NCBI GenBank assembly: GCA_046290225.1
Contig: JBKAGE010000081.1
Span: forward strand, 45,412 to 109,411
From: Bradymonadia bacterium
GTDB taxonomy: Bacteria; Myxococcota_A; Bradymonadia; UBA7976; UBA1532
Length of the DNA: 64,000 bases
Direction: 5' to 3'
The first letter of the stretch is position 1, and every line of letters begins with the position of its first letter. Below the pieces are notes generated by a model that ran no database searches, was not told where the DNA came from, and saw only the letters and a list, made by a program, of their open reading frames with translations. This document shows, piece by piece, positions 30,818 through 40,613 of this stretch. A program made the translations under genes and the position numbers.

Positions 30818-31593
30818 CGATCTGGCCCGAACACCTCGACCATTTCTCCACCACTGCGCTGGCCACGTTCCTCGAGCAGGCAGATCGCCCGGTGGTGCTC
30901 TGGCCCGTGGGCAGTGTGGAGCCTCACGGCCCGCATCTACCCCTGGGCACCGACACCCTCATTTCGAAGCACAACGCCGAGGAGGCGCTCCGCAAGCTTC
31001 GGGCAGAGGGGGTGCAGGCGGTGATCGCCCCGGCGCTGCCGTATGGGGTCACCGACTTCGCCGCGGGCTTCGCCGGCGCCGTGAGCGTGCCGGCGCCGAT
31101 CCTGGTGGGCCTGATCACGGCCTGTGTGACCGCGTGGCTCTCCGAAGGCTTCGCCCACGTGAGCCTGATCAACCATCACCTCGAGCCGGGTCAGCTGAAG
31201 GCGCTGGCCACGGCCCGGAGGGAGATCGCCAGCGCCCACGGCAAGCACACCATCTCGGCCCCTGCGGTGACGAGCTCACGTTGGGGTCGCCGTCTGACCC
31301 CGGAGTTCAAGAGCGGGGCGTGTCACGCGGGGTGCTATGAGACCTCATTGATCCTCGCCACCTCGCCGGCGCTGGTCGACATGGACGCCGCGACAGCGCT
31401 CCCGTCGATCCCCGTGAGCCTGAGCGAGGCGATCAAGGCAGGCCAGCAGACCTTCGTCGAGGCGGGGATGAGCGAGGCCTACACGGGGGCGCCCGGGGCT
31501 GCCACCGAGGACGAAGGACACGCGACGTACAGCCTCCACGGCGACATGGTGGCCACAGAGGTGCTCGAAGCCCTCGAAGCTCGGCTGAGCTGA
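30814..31593 (+). CDS. Creatininase family amidohydrolase
   Basis: PVGSVEPHGPHLPLGTD and HAGCYETS motifs; ATGA overlap with the marR gene. Confidence 0.88.
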   Translation: MTIWPEHLDHFSTTALATFLEQADRPVVLWPVGSVEPHGPHLPLGTDTLISKHNAEEALRKLRAEGVQAVIAPALPYGVTDFAAGFAGAVSVPAPILVGLITACVTAWLSEGFAHVSLINHHLEPGQLKALATARREIASAHGKHTISAPAVTSSRWGRRLTPEFKSGACHAGCYETSLILATSPALVDMDAATALPSIPVSLSEAIKAGQQTFVEAGMSEAYTGAPGAATEDEGHATYSLHGDMVATEVLEALEARLS

Positions 31594-31630
31594 GGGTATC
31601 CTCCCTGAGAACATCCTGCTGGAGAAACTG

Positions 31631-32812
31631 ATGTCCGACCCGAAACCCCTGCTCGATCTCTTCGCCATCGAAGATCTCTGGACCTCAGAGCAGCGCATGG
31701 CCCGCGACGCGGTGCGCCGCTTCTCCCGTGAGGTGTGCCTCCCGAAGTTCCAGGGGGCGTTTCGCGACGAGATTTTTCCCGATGAGCTGATCCCTGGTCT
31801 CGGAGAGCTGGGTGTGCTCGGGGCCAACCTGAAGGGGTATGGCTGCGCTGGCATGGACGAGGTGGCCTACGGCCTGGTCATGCGAGAGGTGGAGTACGTC
31901 GACAGCGGCCTGCGCAGCTTCGTGAGCGTGCAGGGGGCATTGTGCATGTACCCGATCTACGCCTTTGGCACCGAGGCTCAGAAGCAGAAGTTCCTGCCCC
32001 GGATGGCCAAGGGCGAGCTCATCGGCTGCTTCGGCCTCACCGAGCCCGACAGCGGCAGCGATCCGAGCTCGATGCGCACCCGAGCCCGGAAGGTTAAGGG
32101 CGGCTATGTGCTCGACGGCGCCAAGATGTGGATCACCAATGCCCCCATCGCCGGCCTCGCTGTGGTGTGGGCCAAGGTCGAGGACGGCGATCAGCGCTCG
32201 ATCCGCGGGTTCCTGGTGGAGCGCGAGTTCGAGGGCTTCTCCACCCCGAAGATGAGCCACAAGCTCTCGCTCCGGGCCTCCTGGACGGGGGAGATCCACC
32301 TCGACAACTGCTTCGTGCCTGAGGAGAACGTGCTGCCGGAGGTCGAGGGCCTCAAGGGGCCGCTGTCGTGTCTGACCCAGGCCCGCTTCGGCATCTCCTG
32401 GGGCGCCCTCGGTGCGGCGATGTGCTGCTACGAGTCGGCCCTGGACTACGCTCGGGAGCGCACCCAGTTCGGCACCCCCATCGCCGGGTTCCAGCTGACC
32501 CAGCAAAAGTTGGTCGACATGGGGTCCCGCATCGTGCACGGCCACCTGCTCTCCCATCACCTAGCCACCTTGAAGCAGCAGGGCAAGCTCAACCCGATCC
32601 AGGTGTGCCTCGCCAAGCGCGAGAACGTGGCCTCGGCCCTGCACATCGCCCGCACCGCCCGGAGCGTGCTCGGGGCCAACGGCATCATGGACGAGTACCC
32701 GGTTCAGCGGCACGCCATGAACCTCGAGAGCGTCTACACCTACGAGGGCACCCACGAGGTGCACACCCTGGCCATCGGCCGCGCCCTCACGGGTCTGAGC
32801 GCCTTCTCCTGA
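31631..32812 (+). CDS. gcdH: Glutaryl-CoA dehydrogenase-type acyl-CoA dehydrogenase
   Basis: DSGLRSFVSVQGAL.MYPI, GCFGLTEPDSGSDP, KMWITN, LGANGI..EYPV.RH.MNLESVYTYEGT. Confidence 0.85.
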   Translation: MSDPKPLLDLFAIEDLWTSEQRMARDAVRRFSREVCLPKFQGAFRDEIFPDELIPGLGELGVLGANLKGYGCAGMDEVAYGLVMREVEYVDSGLRSFVSVQGALCMYPIYAFGTEAQKQKFLPRMAKGELIGCFGLTEPDSGSDPSSMRTRARKVKGGYVLDGAKMWITNAPIAGLAVVWAKVEDGDQRSIRGFLVEREFEGFSTPKMSHKLSLRASWTGEIHLDNCFVPEENVLPEVEGLKGPLSCLTQARFGISWGALGAAMCCYESALDYARERTQFGTPIAGFQLTQQKLVDMGSRIVHGHLLSHHLATLKQQGKLNPIQVCLAKRENVASALHIARTARSVLGANGIMDEYPVQRHAMNLESVYTYEGTHEVHTLAIGRALTGLSAFS

Positions 32813-32901
32813 CCCCTGGTCGAGGCCCCCTGGGTCCCGACGCATTTTTCGCTGTGGTCGAGGCGGGCAGCGGCCGATATGTTCATAGAACGGCGAGCGA
32901 G

Positions 32902-33645
32902 ATGCCCGATCTCGTTCGTGTGGATGTGACTTCTCGAACGTGCCAGAGGCACGGGGAGCGACCAGGCATGGGTGATCCCACCATCGTCTTCACCATCGGT
33001 TACCTGCACTCCAGAGCGCTCTGGCAGAGCATCGGACAGCTCAGCGCGTGTTTGTCGAACGATGCTGCCGAGGGCAACCTGAGGCAGGAGCTGGGCAAGG
33101 GGGCGAGCACCTGGTTGCCTGATCAGTGCATCGACGCCATCGCGGTGCTGAGCAACCGCCTGCGCTGGCAGTGGACGGGCTACCAGGACATCCTCCGGGA
33201 GGCCATCGGCGCCCAGGGCCTGCTCCGGGGCTTTGCGGAGATCGACGCCCAGGGCCCTGACGAGCGTACTGAAGGTGTGCGCAAGCTGATCCAGTCCATC
33301 GCAGAGCACTCCGGGGAGCTCTTCCGCCAGGTGAAGGTGGTGAACCCCTCGAACACCGACATCAAGATGCTTTTCGTGGGGCAGCAGGTGGGCAAGATCG
33401 ACCAGATCCTCCGTGAGGGTGAGCGCCACGGCGCCATCGAGGGGGTGATGCCTGCCTGTCAAGAGGCCCTGGCCACTCTCTTCGTGGAGATCTCTCATCA
33501 AGATCTGCAAGACGTGCTCGGCGAGTTCCGCCAAGTGAAGAGCAGCGTGGGCAAGGTGGCTCAGCCCGCCATGCGAGCCTTCGTCTCACAGATGAAAGAC
33601 GCGTTCTTGTGGGACGTGGAGCGCTCTGCTGCGACTACGATGTAG
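32902..33645 (+). CDS. Hypothetical alpha-helical protein (start uncertain: 32902 or 32968)
   Basis: 3' part of ORF 32368..33645 that fills the gap after gcdH with coding-like codon bias; no recognised motif. Confidence 0.55.
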   Translation: MPDLVRVDVTSRTCQRHGERPGMGDPTIVFTIGYLHSRALWQSIGQLSACLSNDAAEGNLRQELGKGASTWLPDQCIDAIAVLSNRLRWQWTGYQDILREAIGAQGLLRGFAEIDAQGPDERTEGVRKLIQSIAEHSGELFRQVKVVNPSNTDIKMLFVGQQVGKIDQILREGERHGAIEGVMPACQEALATLFVEISHQDLQDVLGEFRQVKSSVGKVAQPAMRAFVSQMKDAFLWDVERSAATTM

Positions 33646-33661
33646 AATTCAGCTAGGCATC

Positions 33662-35755
33662 TCAGAACGCTTCTAGGTGATCGTCAGTAAAGAGGTTGTA
33701 GAGTTCTACACCAACAATGAGCCGAGCCCTGTTCCATCCTTTGTTCATCCGCGTGTGATGTTCGACCGCGGAGGGTACTCTGGTAAGGTTATACCCAACA
33801 CCCAAGCGCAACGAGTTGACGAATATATTGAATTGAGGGCCAGCGATGATGAACTCATCGGTCTCCTTCTCTTCACCCTCTGTTGCTTCGAGTGTGTACG
33901 ACTCTGATTGCATATAGCCACCGAAGCCGAAGCCCAAGTATGTGGACTGATGTGGTACCCAACGAAAGCCAATGAGGTCAATCATGGGAACGACATCCTC
34001 CGCGTTGAGTTCCAGCTTGCTGTCTACACTGACCCGACTGGTGATGCCATTCCACGCGAGTAGGGAATACCATTGATCCTTATCCTCATAGAACCAGTTG
34101 GTTGACACAATACCGGGGGGGGGGGCGCGGTTTTCTTTTCTCTCAATTAAGACGCTGGATGCTTGAGGGAGTGCCTTGGCGAAATTTGTATAGAAGCGAG
34201 CCTGAACTTCTGGATCTTTTACAGCTTTTCTTAGGGAGGCCACTCTCATCTTGGCTGCCTTCATTTTGCCAATGATGATCTTCAGAGATACGTCGACGTT
34301 ATCAATTGAACTCATGAAGCTCTCAGTGTCATTCTTGATCTGATCTATCCGCTCTTTGGCGTTGAGTACGGCGGGATCCTCTTTGAGCTCCTTGATCTTC
34401 TTTTCGATTTTCTTCTCGACTGCCTGCTTGGCTTCGTTTGCTATGTCGCGGTAGAGCGGCTCAAGCTTGTCAATTGCTTGATCTAGCGCCTTCTCGGCGT
34501 TCTTCAGCTCTTTGTTCGTCTTGCTCTCTATATCAGATAACACATTCCTGTACGCGTTCAGTGCATTGAGCAAATTCGATTCATCAATCGCATCTCTGCA
34601 ATTAGAAAGGTGTTGTGGGGTCGAGGGTTGTTGCCCCACCATGCCCTTGCCCAACCATTCGAGCGTCTTCTTGATGTGGCTTGCATTACCTGTGATACAC
34701 TCATAGTCATTCTTGATGTCGTCCTTGATTTTCTTCAGCTCTGGTGTCTGTTCAATTGCTTTTTTTGCCGCATCAATTATATCTTGAAATGGGCGCAAGT
34801 CAGAGTTGGATTCAACATAAGCCGTATATTCAGCCTCGAAGTCTTCGGAAGGCTTGGATGCGTCTTCAGGCCATATACGCAGAGAAAAATCTGCTCGAAA
34901 AGGCATGTGGCGCTTCTTGAGTTCATGAATTTTGATGGTTACTCGGTCATTCTTACTATTTTGACTCGATGTGATATCTTTGAAGAATACGACGTCGTCG
35001 TTCCTTAATACAGATATGTACTTTGCGAAGTCCTTTATGTCTGTGTTGTTAACTGTTTGAAGTCGGATGTGGTATCCAACATCATGATGATATTTCCATA
35101 TCATTGGGCATGTGCGAATGCGTGTTTTATCTTCGTCACCCTCCTTCTGCATATGCACGAACTCGGCCTTTGCGTATGCATTTTCTTTTTGGTTTTTTTT
35201 GCCTTCTTTGTCTTTCGTGGCTTTGCAAATCCCTTCAACTACGTCTTCCGAAGTACAATCTGTGCTATCTGAGTCTATGCAATACTTGTCACTGGGATTG
35301 TTGAGGCCGATGCTGTCATCGAAGAATAGCGGAATGCCTCTTGGTACTATGATGCCCTCTCCAGTTTTCTTGATACATACTCTCTGAGTGAATAGTTCAA
35401 GGTTTTGTTTCCAGTTCTTGTCGCCTTTGTCGTCTGATTCCAGCCTTTTTATGTCTTCTATGTCCTTGAACTGATTGATGTCTGTGATATCTTTTCGGTC
35501 TGACTCACGCCAGATTTGAATTGTGAGTTCACATGAAGCCGGATCACCACCGCCATGCATCACAATTTTGGATAGAACATCCTCCTGGAAGTCGGCTGCT
35601 CTCATCTTCTTTTTGGTATCACCCTTGGGGCTGGCCTTCTCGGAGCCATTCGGCGTTACTCGAACTTCTTTCAACCTTATTGCTGCGGGCTTGGAACACC
35701 CAAATGCTTGTACCAATATGCACAAACAGCCGCCAATCCACTTCCAGTGACTCAC
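33662..35755 (-). CDS. AT-rich hypothetical lipoprotein (697 aa) with central coiled coil and C-terminal beta-strand domain
   Basis: AGGAGG RBS before GTG 35755; signal peptide with lipobox AFGC; Lys/Glu-rich heptads; amphipathic beta strands at the end; visibly lower GC than the flanks. Confidence 0.75.
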   Translation of the reverse strand: MSHWKWIGGCLCILVQAFGCSKPAAIRLKEVRVTPNGSEKASPKGDTKKKMRAADFQEDVLSKIVMHGGGDPASCELTIQIWRESDRKDITDINQFKDIEDIKRLESDDKGDKNWKQNLELFTQRVCIKKTGEGIIVPRGIPLFFDDSIGLNNPSDKYCIDSDSTDCTSEDVVEGICKATKDKEGKKNQKENAYAKAEFVHMQKEGDEDKTRIRTCPMIWKYHHDVGYHIRLQTVNNTDIKDFAKYISVLRNDDVVFFKDITSSQNSKNDRVTIKIHELKKRHMPFRADFSLRIWPEDASKPSEDFEAEYTAYVESNSDLRPFQDIIDAAKKAIEQTPELKKIKDDIKNDYECITGNASHIKKTLEWLGKGMVGQQPSTPQHLSNCRDAIDESNLLNALNAYRNVLSDIESKTNKELKNAEKALDQAIDKLEPLYRDIANEAKQAVEKKIEKKIKELKEDPAVLNAKERIDQIKNDTESFMSSIDNVDVSLKIIIGKMKAAKMRVASLRKAVKDPEVQARFYTNFAKALPQASSVLIERKENRAPPPGIVSTNWFYEDKDQWYSLLAWNGITSRVSVDSKLELNAEDVVPMIDLIGFRWVPHQSTYLGFGFGGYMQSESYTLEATEGEEKETDEFIIAGPQFNIFVNSLRLGVGYNLTRVPSAVEHHTRMNKGWNRARLIVGVELYNLFTDDHLEAF

Positions 35756-35897
35756 TTCGTCCTCCTGTAGGTTGTGTGTGAGTGTGCCCCCCTCTTGCGA
35801 AGTGGAATCATATTCGGATGTCGTGATGTTGCAACGGGAATTTGAAAGGACATCCATAGTAGGCGGCTCTTCATAATCTACTCTTGACCATACTATT

Positions 35898-38888
35898 ATG
35901 GTACGTGCGTACTTGATGAACGACGTCCGCTCCACTCTCAATCTCGTCTTGTGGTCGTTGCTGACCATAGTGGGGCATGTCCTAATGGATGGCTCTGCCT
36001 GGGCCCTCGAGATAGAACCGAATGGTAAAGGCGCGACTGACAGTACAATGCAAATTCGCCTGATCTGGTTCGGACGCTCTGGAGGTGTGTCCAACCATGT
36101 GGGCCGGAACACCGTGCACGCCATCTTCGACGAGATGGTGGGCCAGGGCATCTCCGAGGTGCAGGCGGTGGTCGATGGCCCTGTGGCCTTCGCCCGCGGC
36201 CGTCGCATCGTCTTCAGCCCTGGCGGTCTGAGCATCGCCGCCTTCCAGAGGTTCCTGGCGCATCCACCTTTGACCCGTCGTGTGCTCGCCGATGACTGGC
36301 CTGTGGCCACGGGCCCTTTCGAGACCGTCTTCGAATACCCGCCCAAAGCCGAGGCGCCTCTGGTGCAGATGGTGCTCCCTGACGGCGCTCGCCCCACGCC
36401 AGGGCTGGAGCCCGCTACGGCGAGGTTGTTGGAGTTCGAGAATCGCCTTGGCGAAGTCGTCAGCGTGTTGGAGACCGGGCCATCAGGGCCAGAGAGCCTG
36501 CATCTCGATCACACAGGTTGGGAGATGCGTTTCGCCTTTGAAGGTGAAGTACGCCCTTCTGGTGGGGTGCCCCGGCGGGTCTTCGATGTAGGCAAGCCTC
36601 AGGCCGACGGGGCGCGCAGAGTGACGGCGATCAAAGCGCTCGAATCCCTCGAAGAAGATGATGGCGCGATCCCCACATTGGTACTCGCCGCCGGCGACGA
36701 TCTCGAAGGCTTCAGCTTCGTCGACACAGGTGGGCGCTCGTGGCAGCGGGCCCACTCCTGGACCACATACGGCGCTCTGAAGCTCAGCGCGCTGGTGGCG
36801 GGCCAGCGAGAGGCGTTCTTCGGCCTCGAAGCCCTCGGCAAAGATGCCCTGCAAGCAGGGGTGCCCGTGCTGGCCACCAACCTTGAGGGCCCACCGCTGC
36901 CCGAAGGGGTGAGCCCCTGGCGCCTCGTCGAGCTTGAAGGTGTGAGCGTGTTGTTGTTGGGCTTCGTGGAGCCTAGCCTCGACGCTGCCACAGTGAAGCG
37001 ACTCTACGGCGCCCGCACGGTGTCACCGCCGGCAGCGGCAGCCCAACGTGCGCTGGAAGCCGCCCGAGTCGAACTCGGGCGAAGGCCCGATCTAGTGGTG
37101 GCCCTGGGCGTGCTCAGGCCAGAGACGACCTCGACGCTGCGCAGCACCGCTGGGGTGATCGATCTGCTCCTCTCGGACTTCGAAGATCGAGGGGAGCTGC
37201 CCGAGCGCGGCGTGGCCGATTTGAGCACTCCCCGCCAGGCCATGCTCAGGGCCCGCGATCCCTTGCCGATCTCCGTGGTGCAGCCAGGCCAGCTCCGTCT
37301 GGGGGTGGCCGAGGTGAGCCTGGCGCCGACACCTGGGAACGGCGTCCGGGTGATCAGGGTGGAGAGCGAGGCGTTGCCCATCACCGGTGACTTACGACCT
37401 GACACCGATGTGCTGCGCCGCGTGCAGCGGACACGCCAACAGGCCTACACGCTGGGCCAGAAGGCGCTCCTCCCCGATGTGTGCCCGGCCATCGCCGAGG
37501 CGAAGCTGGTGCAGACAGAGGGGGGGCCATGCCGGCTCACCGGACCACTGTGGAGCCGCCTCACCGCAGAGGTGCTCCGGGAGGCCTTCGACGTCGAAGG
37601 GGCGTTGATCCCGCGGATGCCGTACAGCTGGACTCTCCGTGGCCCGGTGAGCCGGCTTCAGGCGGTGGCCAACCTGAACGTACCCGATGAGCTGGTGATG
37701 GTGTGGTTGCCGGGGGACACGCTCCGCGGACTCATGGGTCACTCTGCCTTCGCCCAATGGCAGAGCGCGGGTCTGAGCATCGTCGGCGGGGAGCCTCGCG
37801 CACAGGGGCAGGTCATCTCTCCTGATGCCCGCGGTCGGTATGCTCTCATCACCACCGACATGGTGATCGCAGATCCGCGCCTGTCCGCGTTCTTCGAGGG
37901 TCAGCGCCAACAGCGGCGGTTCGAGCGGCGAAAGGGGCGCTACACGATCCCTGGCTGGGGCAGCGAGGGCTTGCCGCGGACGCTGAGGTCAGTGGTGCTC
38001 GATCGCCTCGAGGGGTTTGCGCGGGCAGACACTGCTGTACCAAATCTGGTGGCCCGTATGGCCCCTGAGGGCCTGCCACCGGAGGGCACCTGGCTCGTGG
38101 ATCTCGCCGACGTACGGCTGGCCTTCACCGACTATGCGGTCACTGGGGCCCAGAATCGCTACACCGAGGTGAGAGAGACTCGCGTGACCACCCAGAGCAA
38201 CGTGGCGCTGTCGACCTCGGGCACCCTCTCATTGAGCAGACTTTCGCCGACGGTGAGCTGGGTGAACCGCATGCGCTTCCAGTTCGCCCGGAACACCTTC
38301 GAGGACGGCACTGAGGAGGAGCGCGCCGACGCGCTGCAGTTCGACACCGAGCTTCAGGTGCCGCGCTGGCGTCTGCAGAGTCTTTGGGGGGCGGTGCCCT
38401 TCACCAACGTCAGCTATGCCACCGAGTTCACGCCCACGGAGGGCAACCCGCTCAAGCGCCGCGTCGAGGGGGCGAGCGGTGTCCTGTGGACCGGAGATCA
38501 GCTCTTGCGCTCGGCGCGCCTCGCGGCCCTGGTGGCCACGGACTTCGGCGAGCGTGAGCCCTCCACCGAGCTCGGCGCGCTCCTGGCGGCCTCTTTGGAG
38601 CAGCCCCTCGCCGGGGCGCGGGGCTTCGTCGACGCCAGCCTGAGGTACTACCCGCCGGCCATCGACGGCAGGGACACCCCCTCGGAGCTGGGCACGTGGC
38701 TCAGCGTGAGGACTGGGGTGGATTTTCCCGTGAGCCTCGTCCCCGGGCTGATGTTGGAGACCTTCGTCGACGTGTTCGGCTATCGGGGGAAGGTGGCAGA
38801 GACGTCTGAGCCAGGGGCGAGCATCCTCACGGGCATCGCGATCAAGCTGGACCGGCAGTGGAAGCCTGGCTTGGAGCCGCTGTTCTGA
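35898..38888 (+). CDS. Secreted 5'-nucleotidase-like (metallophosphoesterase) protein fused to a probable C-terminal outer-membrane beta-barrel
   Basis: Signal peptide ending AWA; LVLAAGDD, AGQREAFFG, PVLATNL, SVLLLGFV and PDLVVALG echo the UshA/CpdB N-domain; the last ~270 aa are alternating beta strands ending in F. Start may be 35916. Confidence 0.6.
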   Translation: MVRAYLMNDVRSTLNLVLWSLLTIVGHVLMDGSAWALEIEPNGKGATDSTMQIRLIWFGRSGGVSNHVGRNTVHAIFDEMVGQGISEVQAVVDGPVAFARGRRIVFSPGGLSIAAFQRFLAHPPLTRRVLADDWPVATGPFETVFEYPPKAEAPLVQMVLPDGARPTPGLEPATARLLEFENRLGEVVSVLETGPSGPESLHLDHTGWEMRFAFEGEVRPSGGVPRRVFDVGKPQADGARRVTAIKALESLEEDDGAIPTLVLAAGDDLEGFSFVDTGGRSWQRAHSWTTYGALKLSALVAGQREAFFGLEALGKDALQAGVPVLATNLEGPPLPEGVSPWRLVELEGVSVLLLGFVEPSLDAATVKRLYGARTVSPPAAAAQRALEAARVELGRRPDLVVALGVLRPETTSTLRSTAGVIDLLLSDFEDRGELPERGVADLSTPRQAMLRARDPLPISVVQPGQLRLGVAEVSLAPTPGNGVRVIRVESEALPITGDLRPDTDVLRRVQRTRQQAYTLGQKALLPDVCPAIAEAKLVQTEGGPCRLTGPLWSRLTAEVLREAFDVEGALIPRMPYSWTLRGPVSRLQAVANLNVPDELVMVWLPGDTLRGLMGHSAFAQWQSAGLSIVGGEPRAQGQVISPDARGRYALITTDMVIADPRLSAFFEGQRQQRRFERRKGRYTIPGWGSEGLPRTLRSVVLDRLEGFARADTAVPNLVARMAPEGLPPEGTWLVDLADVRLAFTDYAVTGAQNRYTEVRETRVTTQSNVALSTSGTLSLSRLSPTVSWVNRMRFQFARNTFEDGTEEERADALQFDTELQVPRWRLQSLWGAVPFTNVSYATEFTPTEGNPLKRRVEGASGVLWTGDQLLRSARLAALVATDFGEREPSTELGALLAASLEQPLAGARGFVDASLRYYPPAIDGRDTPSELGTWLSVRTGVDFPVSLVPGLMLETFVDVFGYRGKVAETSEPGASILTGIAIKLDRQWKPGLEPLF

Positions 38889-38927
38889 GGCTGAGGTGGG
38901 CGGACGACCCAGCTGCGCGCCGTCCGC

Positions 38928-40550
38928 TCAATGCCTGGGCAACAATGTGAGCACAAGGCGCCCGAGTGCCTTCGTGAGCTCCACCTCGACGTCAAGTCGC
39001 TTGAGCCTGGGGCTCTCGGTACGCCCGGGGGCGAGGGTGAGCCGTAGCGCCGAGGCATCTGAACCCGCCGGTGGGCGAGCGAGTTGCTGACGGACGAGTG
39101 TGCCCAGCAGATCGCGGTTGGTGATCCACCAGACAGAGTGGGCATCGTTGTGTCCTGAGTCGAGGCCTTCGGGGGTATCGCCCCAGGGCGATGAGTTCTG
39201 AGGCGGCAGGGCAATGGCAGAGGCGACGCCCACGGCGCCAGCGACGAGGGCGTATCCTCTGGCTTTCTCCGGTTGTGTGTCGAGCCGCAATTGTACCTGC
39301 AACCGGCGGAGCAACCACGACTGCAGCCCGGTGAGGGTCTCGGGCAAGGCGCCCATGGCCGCCGGGGCACACCACCAGCTGCACTGTCTCAGTACGTCGA
39401 TGTCCAAGGGGGTACCGGCACCCTCGAGCACGCTCGCGAGAGACAGCACGTAGGGTGCCTGCTCGGCGAGGGATGGGTGGGGGAGGGGGGCGCGGCCCAG
39501 AGCGAGTGAGGTGCGCTCGGTACGCCAGCGTGCATCCACAGTGATGCGGGCGGCGCCGCCATTGCCGTCGAAAGTGATGAAGATATCTTCTGCCCCGCTC
39601 TGAGCGAGCCATGCCTCTGCATGGCGCTGCGGGCTCGGTGGAGGTGGCGACGCACCTTCAGGCAGGGCCAGTGCACGCCGCAACCACTGACGATCGCCGA
39701 AGGCCCGGGCGCCGAGGGCAAAGCGAGACAGATTGAGCCACAGTTGCCCCGCAGGCCGACCCGCCTTCACCGGAGCAGGGGGGCCGAGGCGCGCGCTGTC
39801 GATCATGCCGAGGGCTTCGGTGAGATCGTCCTCTGGATCAGCCCCCACGAGCACATCACACACCGTGAGGCCAGAGCCCTGGCGAATCACCAGGAAGGTC
39901 GGATGCTCAAATGCCGTGAGACGGGCGAGGTACGTGGCGTCAGGGCCTCGAGCTGTACCTGGCTGACGCCAGGCCCCCACACGACCCCTCAAGGACAAAG
40001 CCGAGGCGGGGGAGGTGCCCAGGGTGGTCACCCATTGAGCGAGGGGATCGTCGAGGGACATGAGGGCGATGCCCCCGATGGCTGTCCCGAGGGCCTTGAC
40101 GTCAGGGGCCGAGGTACGTCGCCCGACGAGGCGTAGGTGGGCCCAGGCCAGTGGACGAGGGTAGCGCTGCAGCCAGCCCGTGAGGCGCTCTGCGTCGGCG
40201 CCGGCCCCCGAGGCCACGAGGGACATGATGCGGCGTACGTCCTCACCGGCGCGGATCGCCGAGGGCGCGCCACCCCAGCTCATCGAGAGCCAGAGTGGGC
40301 GATGGGGGGAGAGACCGAGAGGAGATATCCACTGAGGCAGGGCCCCGAGCCAGGGCAGCGGGGGCTCGAAGTGGGCGCGCAGCGCATGGGGGCGCAGCAC
40401 CCCGTAAATCGCGGCGCCCCTCGGGAGAGCTGAGGCGGGCTCCACCTGCCCTCGAGGGCCCGACGAGGCCGTGGGTGCGCCCGCGCATCCTCCGAGGAGC
40501 AGGCTGCAGAAAGCCCACAGCAGCGCCCACCTGCGTCGTGGTGCGCTCAA
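38928..40550 (-). CDS. Hypothetical Ala/Leu/Pro-rich lipoprotein (start uncertain, 40550-40625)
   Basis: Long ORF filling the gap; RRRWALLWAFCSLLLGGC lipoprotein signal. Confidence 0.55.
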   Translation of the reverse strand: MSAPRRRWALLWAFCSLLLGGCAGAPTASSGPRGQVEPASALPRGAAIYGVLRPHALRAHFEPPLPWLGALPQWISPLGLSPHRPLWLSMSWGGAPSAIRAGEDVRRIMSLVASGAGADAERLTGWLQRYPRPLAWAHLRLVGRRTSAPDVKALGTAIGGIALMSLDDPLAQWVTTLGTSPASALSLRGRVGAWRQPGTARGPDATYLARLTAFEHPTFLVIRQGSGLTVCDVLVGADPEDDLTEALGMIDSARLGPPAPVKAGRPAGQLWLNLSRFALGARAFGDRQWLRRALALPEGASPPPPSPQRHAEAWLAQSGAEDIFITFDGNGGAARITVDARWRTERTSLALGRAPLPHPSLAEQAPYVLSLASVLEGAGTPLDIDVLRQCSWWCAPAAMGALPETLTGLQSWLLRRLQVQLRLDTQPEKARGYALVAGAVGVASAIALPPQNSSPWGDTPEGLDSGHNDAHSVWWITNRDLLGTLVRQQLARPPAGSDASALRLTLAPGRTESPRLKRLDVEVELTKALGRLVLTLLPRH

Positions 40551-40613
40551 GGGAGCGTCGACGACAGGGCCGGTGGGGGTATAAGCTGCGGTCGATGCAT
40601 TGAGGAGGCCCAC

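Noticed and set aside
32368..32901. Possible frameshift fusion of gcdH with the downstream ORF
   Set aside because: gcdH is complete with a normal C-terminus; the overlap is an off-frame open stretch typical of high-GC DNA.
35756..36397. N-terminal extension of the 911-aa ORF
   Set aside because: Overlaps the divergent gene; a strong RBS and lipoprotein signal place the start at 35755.
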